Origin: Squalus acanthias
Taxonomy: Eukaryota
NCBI GenBank assembly: GCA_030390025.1
Contig: CM059438.1
Location: forward strand, 57,166,001-57,230,000
DNA: 64,000 bases
Direction: 5' to 3'
Part shown: in pieces, positions 1-15,000 of the stretch
How positions within the stretch are numbered: position 1 is the first letter of the stretch
Layout of the letters: each line of letters starts with the position of its first letter
The notes under the pieces: model-generated
Database searches by the model: none
Told to the model about the DNA's origin: nothing
Seen by the model: only the letters and a program-made list of their open reading frames with translations
Translations under genes and position numbers: made by a program

Positions 1-3000
1 TAAATGAGTGTGACAGCAGTGTGTTTAATCCCACTATAAATGAGTGTGACAGCAGTGTGTTTAATCCCACTATAAATGAGTGTGACAGCAGTGTGTTTAA
101 TCCCACTATAAATGAGTGTGACAGCAGTGTGTTTAATCCCACTATAAATGAGTGTGACAGCAGTGTGTTTAATCCCACTATAAATGAGTGTGACAGCAGT
201 GTGTTTAATCCCACTATAAATGAGTGTGACAGCAGTGTGTTTAATCCCACTATAAATGAGTGTGACAGCAGTGTGTTTAATCCCACTATAAATGAGTGTG
301 ACAGCAGTGTGTTTAATCCCACTATAAATGAGTGTGACAGCAGTGTGTTTAATCCCACTATAAATGAGTGTGACAGCAGTGTGTTTAATCCCACTATAAA
401 TGAGTGTGACAGCAGTGTGTTTAATCCCACTATAAATGAGTGTGACAGCAGTGTGTTTAATCCCACTATAAATGAGTGTGACAGCAGTGTGTTTAATCCC
501 ACTATAAATGAGTGTGACAGCAGTGTGTTTAATCCCACTATAAATGAGTGTGACAGCAGTGTGTTTAATCCCACTATAAATGAGTGTGACAGCAGTGTGT
601 TTAATCCCACTATAAATGAGTGTGACAGCAGTGTGTTTAATCCCACTATAAATGAGTGTGACAGCAGTGTGTTTAATCCCACTATAAATGAGTGTGACAG
701 CAGTGTGTTTAATCCCACTATAAATGAGTGTGACAGCAGTGTGTTTAATCCCACTATAAATGAGTGTGACAGCAGTGTGTTTAATCCCACTATAAATGAG
801 TGTGACAGCAGTGTGTTTAATCCCACTATAAATGAGTGTGACAGCAGTGTGTTTAATCCCACTATAAATGAGTGTGACAGCAGTGTGTTTAATCCCACTA
901 TAAATGAGTGTGACAGCAGTGTGTTTAATCCCACTATAAATGAGTGTGACAGCAGTGTGTTTAATCCCACTATAAATGAGTGTGACAGCAGTGTGTTTAA
1001 TCCCACTATAAATGAGTGTGACAGCAGTGTGTTTAATCCCACTATAAATGAGTGTGACAGCAGTGTGTTTAATCCCACTATAAATGAGTGTGACAGCAGT
1101 GTGTTTAATCCCACTATAAATGAGTGTGACAGCAGTGTGTTTAATCCCACTATAAATGAGTGTGACAGCAGTGTGTTTAATCCCACTATAAATGAGTGTG
1201 ACAGCAGTGTGTTTAATCCCACTATAAATGAGTGTGACAGCAGTGTGTTTAATCCCACTATAAATGAGTGTGACAGCAGTGTGTTTAATCCCACTATAAA
1301 TGAGTGTGACAGCAGTGTGTTTAATCCCACTATAAATGAGTGTGACAGCAGTGTGTTTAATCCCACTATAAATGAGTGTGACAGCAGTGTGTTTAATCCC
1401 ACTATAAATGAGTGTGACAGCAGTGTGTTTAATCCCACTATAAATGAGTGTGACAGCAGTGTGTTTAATCCCACTATAAATGAGTGTGACAGCAGTGTGT
1501 TTAATCCCACTATAAATGAGTGTGACAGCAGTGTGTTTAATCCCACTATAAATGAGTGTGACAGCAGTGTGTTTAATCCCACTATAAATGAGTGTGACAG
1601 CAGTGTGTTTAATCCCACTATAAATGAGTGTGACAGCAGTGTGTTTAATCCCACTATAAATGAGTGTGACAGCAGTGTGTTTAATCCCACTATAAATGAG
1701 TGTGACAGCAGTGTGTTTAATCCCACTATAAATGAGTGTGACAGCAGTGTGTTTAATCCCACTATAAATGAGTGTGACAGCAGTGTGTTTAATCCCACTA
1801 TAAATGAGTGTGACAGCAGTGTGTTTAATCCCACTATAAATGAGTGTGACAGCAGTGTGTTTAATCCCACTATAAATGAGTGTGACAGCAGTGTGTTTAA
1901 TCCCACTATAAATGAGTGTGACAGCAGTGTGTTTAATCCCACTATAAATGAGTGTGACAGCAGTGTGTTTAATCCCACTATAAATGAGTGTGACAGCAGT
2001 GTGTTTAATCCCACTATAAATGAGTGTGACAGCAGTGTGTTTAATCCCACTATAAATGAGTGTGACAGCAGTGTGTTTAATCCCACTATAAATGAGTGTG
2101 ACAGCAGTGTGTTTAATCCCACTATAAATGAGTGTGACAGCAGTGTGTTTAATCCCACTATAAATGAGTGTGACAGCAGTGTGTTTAATCCCACTATAAA
2201 TGAGTGTGACAGCAGTGTGTTTAATCCCACTATAAATGAGTGTGACAGCAGTGTGTTTAATCCCACTATAAATGAGTGTGACAGCAGTGTGTTTAATCCC
2301 ACTATAAATGAGTGTGACAGCAGTGTGTTTAATCCCACTATAAATGAGTGTGACAGCAGTGTGTTTAATCCCACTATAAATGAGTGTGACAGCAGTGTGT
2401 TTAATCCCACTATAAATGAGTGTGACAGCAGTGTGTTTAATCCCACTATAAATGAGTGTGACAGCAGTGTGTTTAATCCCACTATAAATGAGTGTGACAG
2501 CAGTGTGTTTAATCCCACTATAAATGAGTGTGACAGCAGTGTGTTTAATCCCACTATAAATGAGTGTGACAGCAGTGTGTTTAATCCCACTATAAATGAG
2601 TGTGACAGCAGTGTGTTTAATCCCACTATAAATGAGTGTGACAGCAGTGTGTTTAATCCCACTATAAATGAGTGTGACAGCAGTGTGTTTAATCCCACTA
2701 TAAATGAGTGTGACAGCAGTGTGTTTAATCCCACTATAAATGAGTGTGACAGCAGTGTGTTTAATCCCACTATAAATGAGTGTGACAGCAGTGTGTTTAA
2801 TCCCACTATAAATGAGTGTGACAGCAGTGTGTTTAATCCCACTATAAATGAGTGTGACAGCAGTGTGTTTAATCCCACTATAAATGAGTGTGACAGCAGT
2901 GTGTTTAATCCCACTATAAATGAGTGTGACAGCAGTGTGTTTAATCCCACTATAAATGAGTGTGACAGCAGTGTGTTTAATCCCACTATAAATGAGTGTG

Positions 3001-6000
3001 ACAGCAGTGTGTTTAATCCCACTATAAATGAGTGTGACAGCAGTGTGTTTAATCCCACTATAAATGAGTGTGACAGCAGTGTGTTTAATCCCACTATAAA
3101 TGAGTGTGACAGCAGTGTGTTTAATCCCACTATAAATGAGTGTGACAGCAGTGTGTTTAATCCCACTATAAATGAGTGTGACAGCAGTGTGTTTAATCCC
3201 ACTATAAATGAGTGTGACAGCAGTGTGTTTAATCCCACTATAAATGAGTGTGACAGCAGTGTGTTTAATCCCACTATAAATGAGTGTGACAGCAGTGTGT
3301 TTAATCCCACTATAAATGAGTGTGACAGCAGTGTGTTTAATCCCACTATAAATGAGTGTGACAGCAGTGTGTTTAATCCCACTATAAATGAGTGTGACAG
3401 CAGTGTGTTTAATCCCACTATAAATGAGTGTGACAGCAGTGTGTTTAATCCCACTATAAATGAGTGTGACAGCAGTGTGTTTAATCCCACTATAAATGAG
3501 TGTGACAGCAGTGTGTTTAATCCCACTATAAATGAGTGTGACAGCAGTGTGTTTAATCCCACTATAAATGAGTGTGACAGCAGTGTGTTTAATCCCACTA
3601 TAAATGAGTGTGACAGCAGTGTGTTTAATCCCACTATAAATGAGTGTGACAGCAGTGTGTTTAATCCCACTATAAATGAGTGTGACAGCAGTGTGTTTAA
3701 TCCCACTATAAATGAGTGTGACAGCAGTGTGTTTAATCCCACTATAAATGAGTGTGACAGCAGTGTGTTTAATCCCACTATAAATGAGTGTGACAGCAGT
3801 GTGTTTAATCCCACTATAAATGAGTGTGACAGCAGTGTGTTTAATCCCACTATAAATGAGTGTGACAGCAGTGTGTTTAATCCCACTATAAATGAGTGTG
3901 ACAGCAGTGTGTTTAATCCCACTATAAATGAGTGTGACAGCAGTGTGTTTAATCCCACTATAAATGAGTGTGACAGCAGTGTGTTTAATCCCACTATAAA
4001 TGAGTGTGACAGCAGTGTGTTTAATCCCACTATAAATGAGTGTGACAGCAGTGTGTTTAATCCCACTATAAATGAGTGTGACAGCAGTGTGTTTAATCCC
4101 ACTATAAATGAGTGTGACAGCAGTGTGTTTAATCCCACTATAAATGAGTGTGACAGCAGTGTGTTTAATCCCACTATAAATGAGTGTGACAGCAGTGTGT
4201 TTAATCCCACTATAAATGAGTGTGACAGCAGTGTGTTTAATCCCACTATAAATGAGTGTGACAGCAGTGTGTTTAATCCCACTATAAATGAGTGTGACAG
4301 CAGTGTGTTTAATCCCACTATAAATGAGTGTGACAGCAGTGTGTTTAATCCCACTATAAATGAGTGTGACAGCAGTGTGTTTAATCCCACTATAAATGAG
4401 TGTGACAGCAGTGTGTTTAATCCCACTATAAATGAGTGTGACAGCAGTGTGTTTAATCCCACTATAAATGAGTGTGACAGCAGTGTGTTTAATCCCACTA
4501 TAAATGAGTGTGACAGCAGTGTGTTTAATCCCACTATAAATGAGTGTGACAGCAGTGTGTTTAATCCCACTATAAATGAGTGTGACAGCAGTGTGTTTAA
4601 TCCCACTATAAATGAGTGTGACAGCAGTGTGTTTAATCCCACTATAAATGAGTGTGACAGCAGTGTGTTTAATCCCACTATAAATGAGTGTGACAGCAGT
4701 GTGTTTAATCCCACTATAAATGAGTGTGACAGCAGTGTGTTTAATCCCACTATAAATGAGTGTGACAGCAGTGTGTTTAATCCCACTATAAATGAGTGTG
4801 ACAGCAGTGTGTTTAATCCCACTATAAATGAGTGTGACAGCAGTGTGTTTAATCCCACTATAAATGAGTGTGACAGCAGTGTGTTTAATCCCACTATAAA
4901 TGAGTGTGACAGCAGTGTGTTTAATCCCACTATAAATGAGTGTGACAGCAGTGTGTTTAATCCCACTATAAATGAGTGTGACAGCAGTGTGTTTAATCCC
5001 ACTATAAATGAGTGTGACAGCAGTGTGTTTAATCCCACTATAAATGAGTGTGACAGCAGTGTGTTTAATCCCACTATAAATGAGGTGTGACAGCTGTGTG
5101 TTTAATCAACTATAAATGAGTGTGACAGCAGTGTGTTTATCCCACTATAATGAGTGTGTCAGCAGTGTGTTTAATCCCACTATAAATGAGTGTGACAGCA
5201 GTGTGTTTAATCCCACTATAAATGAGTGTGACAGCAGTGTGTTTAATCCCACTATAAATGAGTGTGACAGCAGTGTGTTTAATCCCAGTATAAATGAGTG
5301 TGACAGCAGTGAGTTTAATCGAACTGAAAATGATTGTGACAGCAGTGTGTTTAATCCCATTATAAATGAGTCTGACAGCTGTGTGTTTATCCCATTATAA
5401 ATGAGTGTGACAGCAGTGTGTTTAATCCCACTATAAATGAGTGTGACAGCTGTGTGTTTAATCCCATTATAAATGAGTGTGACAGCAGTGTGTTTAATGC
5501 CACTATAAATTAGTGTGACAGCTGTGTGTTTAATCCCATTATAAATGAGTGTGACAGCAGTGTGTTTAATCCCACTATAAATGAGTGTGACAGCAGTGTG
5601 TTTAATCCCATTATAATGAGTGTGACAGCAGTGTGTTTATTCCCATTATAAATGAGTGTGACAGCAGTGTGTTTAATCCCTATAAATGAGTGTGACAGCA
5701 GTGTGTTTAATCCCACTATAAATGAGTGTGACAGCAGTGTGTTTAATCCCACTATAAATGAGTGTGACAGCAGTGTGTTTAATCCCACTATAAATGAGTG
5801 TGACAGCAGTGTGTTTAATCCCACTATAAATGAGTGTGACAGCAGTGTGTTTAATCCCACTATAAATGAGTGTGACAGCAGTGTGTTTAATCCCACTATA
5901 AATGAGTGTGACAGCAGTGTGTTTAATCCCACTATAAATGAGTGTGACAGCAGTGTGTTTAATCCCACTATAAATGAGTGTGACAGCAGTGTGTTTAATC

Positions 6001-9000
6001 CCACTATAAATGAGTGTGACAGCAGTGTGTTTAATCCCACTATAAATGAGTGTGACAGCAGTGTGTTTAATCCCACTATAAATGAGTGTGACAGCAGTGT
6101 GTTTAATCCCACTATAAATGAGTGTGACAGCAGTGTGTTTAATCCCACTATAAATGAGTGTGACAGCAGTGTGTTTAATCCCACTATAAATGAGTGTGAC
6201 AGCAGTGTGTTTAATCCCACTATAAATGAGTGTGACAGCAGTGTGTTTAATCCCACTATAAATGAGTGTGACAGCAGTGTGTTTAATCCCACTATAAATG
6301 AGTGTGACAGCAGTGTGTTTAATCCCACTATAAATGAGTGTGACAGCAGTGTGTTTAATCCCACTATAAATGAGTGTGACAGCAGTGTGTTTAATCCCAC
6401 TATAAATGAGTGTGACAGCAGTGTGTTTAATCCCACTATAAATGAGTGTGACAGCAGTGTGTTTAATCCCACTATAAATGAGTGTGACAGCAGTGTGTTT
6501 AATCCCACTATAAATGAGTGTGACAGCAGTGTGTTTAATCCCACTATAAATGAGTGTGACAGCAGTGTGTTTAATCCCACTATAAATGAGTGTGACAGCA
6601 GTGTGTTTAATCCCACTATAAATGAGTGTGACAGCAGTGTGTTTAATCCCACTATAAATGAGTGTGACAGCAGTGTGTTTAATCCCACTATAAATGAGTG
6701 TGACAGCAGTGTGTTTAATCCCACTATAAATGGTGTGACAGCAGTGTGTTTAATCCCACTATAAATGAGTGTGACAGCAGTGTGATTTAATTCCCACTAT
6801 AAATGAGTGTGACAGCAGTGTGTTTAATCCCACTATAAATGAGTGTGACAGCAGTGTGTTTAATCCCAATATAAATGAGTGTGACAGCAGTGTGTGTGTA
6901 ATCCCACTATAAATGAGTGTGACAGCAGTGTGTTTAATCCGACTATAAATGAGTGTGACAGCAGTGTGTTTAATCCTTATAAATGAGTGTGACAGCAGTG
7001 TGTTTAATCCCACTATAAATGAGTGTGACAGCAGTGTGTTTATCCCACTATAAATGAGTGTGACAGCAGTGTGTTTAATCCCACTTATAAATGAGTGTGA
7101 CAGCAGTGTGTTTAATCCAACTATAAATGAGTGTGACAGCAGTGTGTTTAATCCCACTATAAATGAGTGTGACAGCAGTGTGTTTAATCCCACTATAAAT
7201 GAGTGTGACAGCAGTGTGTTTAATCCCACTATAAATGAGTGTGACAGCAGTGTGTTTAATCCCACTATAAAGATGTGACAGCAGTGTGTTTAATCGCACT
7301 ATAAATGAGTGTGACAGCAGTGTGTTTAATCCCACTGTAAATGAGTGTGACAGCAGTGTGTTTAATCACACTATAAATGAGTGTGACAGCAGTGTGTTTA
7401 ATCCCACTATAAATGAGTGTGACAGCAGTGGTTTAATCCCACTATAAATGAGTGTGACAGCAGTGTGTTTAATCCCACTATAAATGAGTGTGACAGCAGT
7501 GTGTTTAATCCCACTATAATGAGTGTGACAGCAGTGTGTTTAATCCCACTATAAATGAGGTGTGACAGCAGGTGTGTTAATCCCATATAAATGAGTGTGA
7601 CAGCAGTGTGTTAATCCCAAGTATAAATAGTGAGACAGCAGTGTGTTTAATCAAAGTATAAATGAGTGTGACAGCAGTGTGTTTATTCCCACTATAAATG
7701 AGTGTGACAGCAGTGTGTTTAATCCCACTATAAATAGTGTGACAGCAGTGTGTTTTAATCCCACTATAAATGAGTGTGACAGCTGTGTGTTTAATCCCAC
7801 TATAAATGAGTGTGGACAGCAGTGTGTTTAATCCAAGTATAATTGAGTGTGACAGCAGTGTGTTTAATCCCACTATAAATGAGTGTGACAGCAGTGTGTT
7901 TAATCCCACTATAAATGAGTGTGACAACAATGTGTTTAATCGCACTATAAATGAGTGTGACAGCAGTGTGTTTTAATCCACTATAAATGAGTGTGACAGC
8001 AGTGTGTTTAATGAACATAAATGAGTGTGACAGCAGTGTGTTTAATCCATATAAATGAGTGTGACAGCAGTGTGTTTAATCCCACTATAAATGAGTGTGA
8101 CAGCAGTGTGTTTTTATCGAACTATAAATGAGTGTGACAGCAGTGTGTTAATCCCACTATAATGAGTGTGACAGCATGTGTTTAATCCACTATAAATGAG
8201 TGTGACAGCAGTTGTTTTAATCCAACTATAATAAGTGTGACAGCATGTGTTTAATCCCACAATAAAATGAGTGGACAGCAGGTGTTTAATCCCACTATAA
8301 ATGAGTGTGACAGCAGTGTGTTTAATCCCACTATAAATGAGTGTGACAGCAGAGTGTTTATTCCCCACTATAAATGAGTGTGACAGCAGTGTGTTTAATC
8401 CCACTATAAATGAGTGGGACAGCAGTGTGTTTAATCGAACTATAAATGAGTGTGACAGCAGTGTGTTTAATCCCACTACTAAATGAGTGTGACAGCAGTG
8501 TGTTTAATCCACTTTAAATGAGTGTGACAGCAGTGTGTTTAATCCACTATAAATGAGTGTGACAGCAGTGTGTTTAATCCCCCTATAAATGAGTGTGACA
8601 GCAGTGTGTTTAATCGAACTATAATGAGTGTGACAGCAGGTGAGTTCATCTCCCACTATAAATGAGTGTGTCAGCAGTGTGTTTAATCCCACTATAAATG
8701 AGTGTGACAGCAGTGTGTTTAATCCCAGTATAAATGAGTGTGACAGCAGTGTGTTTAATCCACTATAAATGAGTGTGACAGCAGTGAGTTAATCCCATAT
8801 AAATGAGTGTGACAGCAGTGTGTTAATCCCCACTATAAATGAGTGTGACAGCAGTGTGTTTAATCCCACTATAAATGAGTGTGACAGCAGTGTGTTTAAT
8901 CCCACTATAAATGAGTGACAGCAGTGTGTTTAATCCCACTATAAATGAGTGTGACAGCAGTGTGTTTAATCCCACTATAAATGAGTGTGACAGCAGTGTG

Positions 9001-12000
9001 TTTAATCCCACTATAAATGAGTGTGACAGCATTGTGTTTAATCCCACTATAAATGAGTGTGACAGCAGTGTTTAATCCCACTATAAATGAGTGTGACAGC
9101 AGTGTGTTTAATCGAACTATAAATGAGTGTGACAGCAGTGTGTTTAATCCCACTATAAATGAGTGTGACAGCAGTGTGTTTAATCCACTATAAATGAGTG
9201 TGACAGCAGTGTGTTTAATCCACTATAAAAGAGTGTGACAGCAGTGTGTTTAATCCCACTATAATGAGTGTGACAGCAGTGTGTTTAATCCCACTATAAA
9301 TGAGTGTGACAGCAGTGTGTTTAATCCCACTATAAATGAGTGTGACAGCAGTGGTTTAATCCCACTATAAATTGAGTGTGACAGCAGTGTGTTTAATCCA
9401 CTATAAATGAGTGTGACAGCAGTGTGTTTAATCCCACTATAAATGAGTGTGACAGCAGTGTGTTTAATCCCACTATAAATGAGTGTGACAGCTGTGTGTT
9501 TAATCCCACTATAAATGAGTGTGACAGCAGTGTGTTTAATCCCACTATAAATGAGTGTGACAGCTGTGTGTTTAATCCCACTATAAATGAGTGTGACAGC
9601 AGTGTGTTTAATCCCACTATAAATGAGTGTGACAGCAGTGTGTTTAATCCCACTATAAATGAGTGTGACAGCAGTGTGTTTAATCCCACTATAAATGAGT
9701 GTGACAGCAGTGTGTTTAATCCCACTATAAATGAGTGTGACAGCAAGTGTGTTTAATCCCACTATAAATGAGTGTGACAGCAGTGTGTTTAATCCCACTA
9801 TAAATGAGTGTGACAGCAGTGTGTTTAATCCACTATAAATGAGTGTGACAGCAGTGTGTTTAATCCCACTATAAATGAGTGTGACAGCAGTGTGTTTAAT
9901 CCCAATATAAATGAGTGTGACAGCAGTGTGTTTAATCCCACTATAAATGAGTGTGACAGCAGTGTGTTTAATCCAACTATAAATGAGTGTGACAGCAGTG
10001 TGTTTAATCCCACTATAAATGAGTGTGACAGCAGGTGTGTTTAATCCCACTATAAATGAGTGTGACAGCAGTGTGTTTAATCCACTATAAATGAGTGTGA
10101 CAGCAGTGTGTTTAATCCCACTATAAATGAGTGTGACAGCAGTGTGTTTAATCCCACTATAAATGAGTGTGACAGCAGTGTGTTTAATCCCACTATAAAT
10201 GAGTGTGACAGCAGTGTGTTTAATCCCACTATAAATGAGTGTGACAGCAGTGTGTTTAATCCACTATAAATGAGTGTGACAGCAGTGTGTTTAATCCCAC
10301 TATAAATGAGTGTGGACAGCAGTGTGTTTAATCCCATATAAATGAGTGTGACAGCAGTGTGTTTAATCCCACTATAAATGAGTGTGACAGCAGTGTGTTT
10401 AATCCCACTATAAATGAGTGTGACAGCAGTGTGTTTAATCCCACTATAAATGAGTGTGACAGCAGTGTGTTTAATCCCACTATAAATGAGTGTGACAGCA
10501 GTGTGTTTAATCCCACTATAAATGAGTGTGACAGCAGTGTGTTTAATCCCACTATAAATGAGTGTGACAGCAGTGTGTTTAATCCCACTATAAATGAGTG
10601 TGACAGCAGTGTTTTAATCCCACTATAAATGAGTGTGACAGCAGTGTTTTTAATCAAACTTTTAATGAGTGTGACAGCAGTGTGTTTAATCCCACTATAA
10701 ATGAGTGTGACAGCAGTGTGTTTAATCCCACTATAAATGAGTGTGACAGCAGTGTGTTTAATCCCACTATAAATGAGTGTGACAGCAGTGTGTTTAATCC
10801 CACTATAAATGAGTGTGACAGCAGTGTGTTTAATCCACTATAAATGAGTGTGACAGCAGTGTGTTTAATCCCACTATAAATGAGTGTGACAGCAGTGTGT
10901 TTAATCCCACTATAAATGAGTGTGACAGCAGTGTGTTTAATCCCACTATAAATGAGTGTGACAGCAGTGTGTTTAATCCCACTATAAATGAGTGTGACAG
11001 CAGTGTGTTTAATCCCACTATAAATGAGTGTGACAGCAGTGTGTTTAATCGAACTATAAATGAGTGTGACAGCAGTGTGTTTAATCCCACTATAAATGAG
11101 TGTGACAGCAGTGTGTTTAATCCCGACTATAAATGAGTGTGACAGCAGTGTGTTTAATCCCACTATAAATGAGTGTGACAGCAGTGTGTTTAATCCCACT
11201 ATAAATGAGTGTGACAGCAGTGTGTTTAATCCCACTATAAATGAGTGTGACAGCAGTGTGTTTAATCCCACTATAAATGAGTGTGACAGCAGTGTGTTTA
11301 ATCCCACTATAAATGAGTGTGACAGCAGTGTGTTTAATCCACTATAAATGAGTGTGACAGCAGTGTGTTTAATCCACTATAAATGAGTGTGACAGCAGTG
11401 TGTTTAATCCACTATAAATGAGTGTGACAGCAGTGTGTTTAATCCCACTATAAATGAGTGTGACAGCAGTGTGTTTAATCCCAGTATAAATGAGTGTGAC
11501 AGCAGTGTGTTTAATCGAACTATAAATGAGTGTGACAGCAGTGTGTTTAATCCCACTATAAATGAGTGTGACAGCAGTGTGTTTAATCCCACTATAAATG
11601 AGTGTGACAGCAGTGTGTTTAATCGAAGTATAAATGAGTGTGACAGCAGTGTGTTTAATCCCACTATAAATGAGTGTGACAGCAGTGTGTTTAATCGACT
11701 ATAAATGAGTGTGACAGCAGTGTGTTTAATCCCACTATAAATGAGTGTGACAGCAGTGTGTTTAATCCCACTATAAATGAGTGTGACAGCAGTGTGTTTA
11801 ATCCCACTATAAATGAGTGTGACAGCAGTGTGTTTAATCCCACTATAAATGAGTGTGACAGCAGTGTGTTTAATCCCACTATAAATGAGTGTGACAGCAG
11901 TGTGTTTAATCCCACTATAAATGAGTGTGACAGCAGTGTGTTTAATCCCACTATAAATGAGTGTGACAGCAGTGTGTTTAATCCCACTATAAATGAGTGT

Positions 12001-15000
12001 GACAGCAGTGTGTTTAATCCCACTATAAATGAGTGTGACAGCAGTGTGTTTAATCCCACTATAAATGAGTGTGACAGCAGTGTGTTTAATCCACTATAAA
12101 TGAGTGTGACAGCAGTGTGTTTAATCCCACTATAAATGAGTGTGACAGCAGTGTGTTTAATCCCACTATAAATGAGTGTGACAGCAGTGTGTTTAATCCA
12201 CGTATAAATGAGTGTGACAGCAGTGTGTTTAATCCCACTATAAATGAGTGTGACAGCAGTGTGTTTAATCCCACTATAAATGAGTGTGACAGCAGTGTGT
12301 TTAATCCCACTATAAATGAGTGTGACAGCAGTGTGTTTAATCCCACTATAAATGAGTGTGACAGCAGTGTGTTTAATCCCACTATAAATGAGTGTGACAG
12401 CAGTGTGTTTAATCCCACTATAAATGAGTGTGACAGCAGTGTGTTTAATCCACTATAAATGAGTGTGACAGCAGTGTGTTTAATCCCACTATAAATGAGT
12501 GTGACAGCAGTGTGTTTAATCCCACTATAATGAGTGTGACAGCAGTGTGTTTAATCGCACTATAAATGAGTGTGACAGCAGTGTGTTTAATCCCACTATA
12601 AATGAGTGTGACAGCAGTGTGTTTAATCCCACTATAAATGAGTGTGACAGCAGTGTGTTTAATCGCAGTATAAATGAGTGTGACAGCAGTGTGTTTAATC
12701 CCACTATAAATGAGTGTGACAGCAGTGTGTTTAATCCCAGTATAAATGAGTGTGACAGCAGTGTGTTTAATCCCACTATAAATGAGTGTGACAGCAGTGT
12801 GTTAATCCACTATAAATGAGTGTGACAGCAGTGTGTTTAATCCCACTATAAATGAGTGTGACAGCAGTGTGTTTAATCCCACTATAAATGAGTGTGACAG
12901 CAGTGTGTTTATTCCCACTATAAATGAGTGTGACAGCAGTGTGTTTAATCCCACTATAAATGAGTGTGACAGCAGTGTGTTTAATCCCACTATAAATGAG
13001 TGTGACAGCAGTGTGTTTAATCCCACTATAAATGAGTGTGACAGCAGTGTGTTTAATCCACTATAAATGAGTGTGACAGCAGTGTGTTTAATCCCACTAT
13101 AAATGAGTGTGACAGCAGTGTGTTTAATCCCACTATAAATGAGTGTGACAGCAGTGTGTTTAATCGAACTATAAATGAGTGTGACAGCAGTGTGTTTAAT
13201 CCCACTATAAATGAGTGTGACAGCAGTGTGTTTAATCCACTATAAATGAGTGTGACAGCAGTGTGTTTAATCCCACTATAAATGAGTGTGACAGCAGTGT
13301 GTTTAATCCCACTATAAATGAGTGTGACAGCAGTGTGTTTAATCCCACTATAAATGAGTGTGACAGCAGTGTGTTTAATCCCACTATAAATGAGTGTGAC
13401 AGCAGTGTGTTTAATCCCACTATAAATGAGTGTGACAGCAGTGTGTTTAATCCACTATAAATGAGTGTGACAGCAGTGTGTTTAATCCACTATAAATGAG
13501 TGTGACAGCAGTGTGTTTAATCCCACTATAAATGAGTGTGACAGCAGTGTGTTTAATCCCACTATAAATGAGTGTGACAGCAGTGTGTTTAATCCCATTA
13601 TAAATGAGTGTGACAGCAGTGTGTTTAATCCCACTATAAATGAGTGTGACAGCAGTGTGTTTAACCCACTATAAATGAGTGTGACAGCAATGTGTTTTAT
13701 CCCACTATAAATGAGTGTGACAGCAGTGTGTTTAATCCCACTATAAATGAGTGTGACAGCAGTGTGTTTAATCCACTATAAATGAGTGTGACAGCAGTGT
13801 GTTTAATCCCACTATAAATGAGTGTGACAGCAGTGTGTTTAATCCCACTATAAATGAGTGTGACAGCAGTGTGTTTAATCCCACTATAAATGAGTGTGAC
13901 AGCAGTGTGTTTAATCCCACTATAAATGAGTGTGACAGCAGTGTGTTTAATCCCACTATAAATGAGTGTGACAGCAGTGTGTTTAATCCACTATAAATGA
14001 GTGTGACAGCAGTGTGTTTAATCGAACTATAAATGAGTGTGACAGCAGTGTGTTTAATCCCACTATAAATGAGTGTGACAGCAGTGTGTTTAATCCCACT
14101 ATAAATGAGTGTGACAGCAGTGTGTTTAATCCCACTATAAATGAGTGTGACAGCAGTGTGTTTAATCCCACTATAAATGAGTGTGACAGCAGTGTGTTTA
14201 ATCCCACTATAAATGAGTGTGACAGCAGTGTGTTTAATCCCACTATAAATGAGTGTGACAGCAGTGTGTTTAATCCCACTATAAGTGAGTGTGACAGCAG
14301 TGTGTTTAATCCACTATAAATGAGTGTGACAGCAGTGTGTTTAATCCCACTATAAATGAGTGTGACAGCAGTGTGTTTAATCCCACTATAAATGAGTGTG
14401 ACAGCAGTGTGTTTAATCCCACTATAAATGAGTGTGACAGCAGTGTGTTTAATCCCACTATAAATGAGTGTGACAGCAGTGTGTTTAATCCCAGTATAAA
14501 TGAGTGTGACAGCAGTGTGTTTAATCCCACTATAAATGAGTGTGACAGCAGTGTGTTTAATCCCACTATAAATGAGTGTGACAGCAGTGTGTTTAATCCC
14601 ACTATAAATGAGTGTGACAGCAGTGTGTTTAATCCCACTATAAATGAGTGTGACAGCAGTGTGTTTAATCCACTATAAATGAGTGTGACAGCAGTGTGTT
14701 TCAATCGCACTATAAATGAGTGTGACAGCAGTGTGTTTAATCCCACTATAAATGAGTGTGACAGCAGTGTGTTTAATCCACTATAAATGAGTGTGACAGC
14801 AGTGTGTTTAATCCCACTATAAATGAGTGTGACAGCAGTGTGTTTAATCCACTATAAATGAGTGTGACAGCAGTGTGTTTAATCCCACTATAAATGAGTG
14901 TGACAGCAGTGTGTTTAATCCCACTATAAATGAGTGTGACAGCAGTGTGTTTAATCCCACTATAAATGAGTGTGACAGCAGTGTGTTTAATCCCACTATA

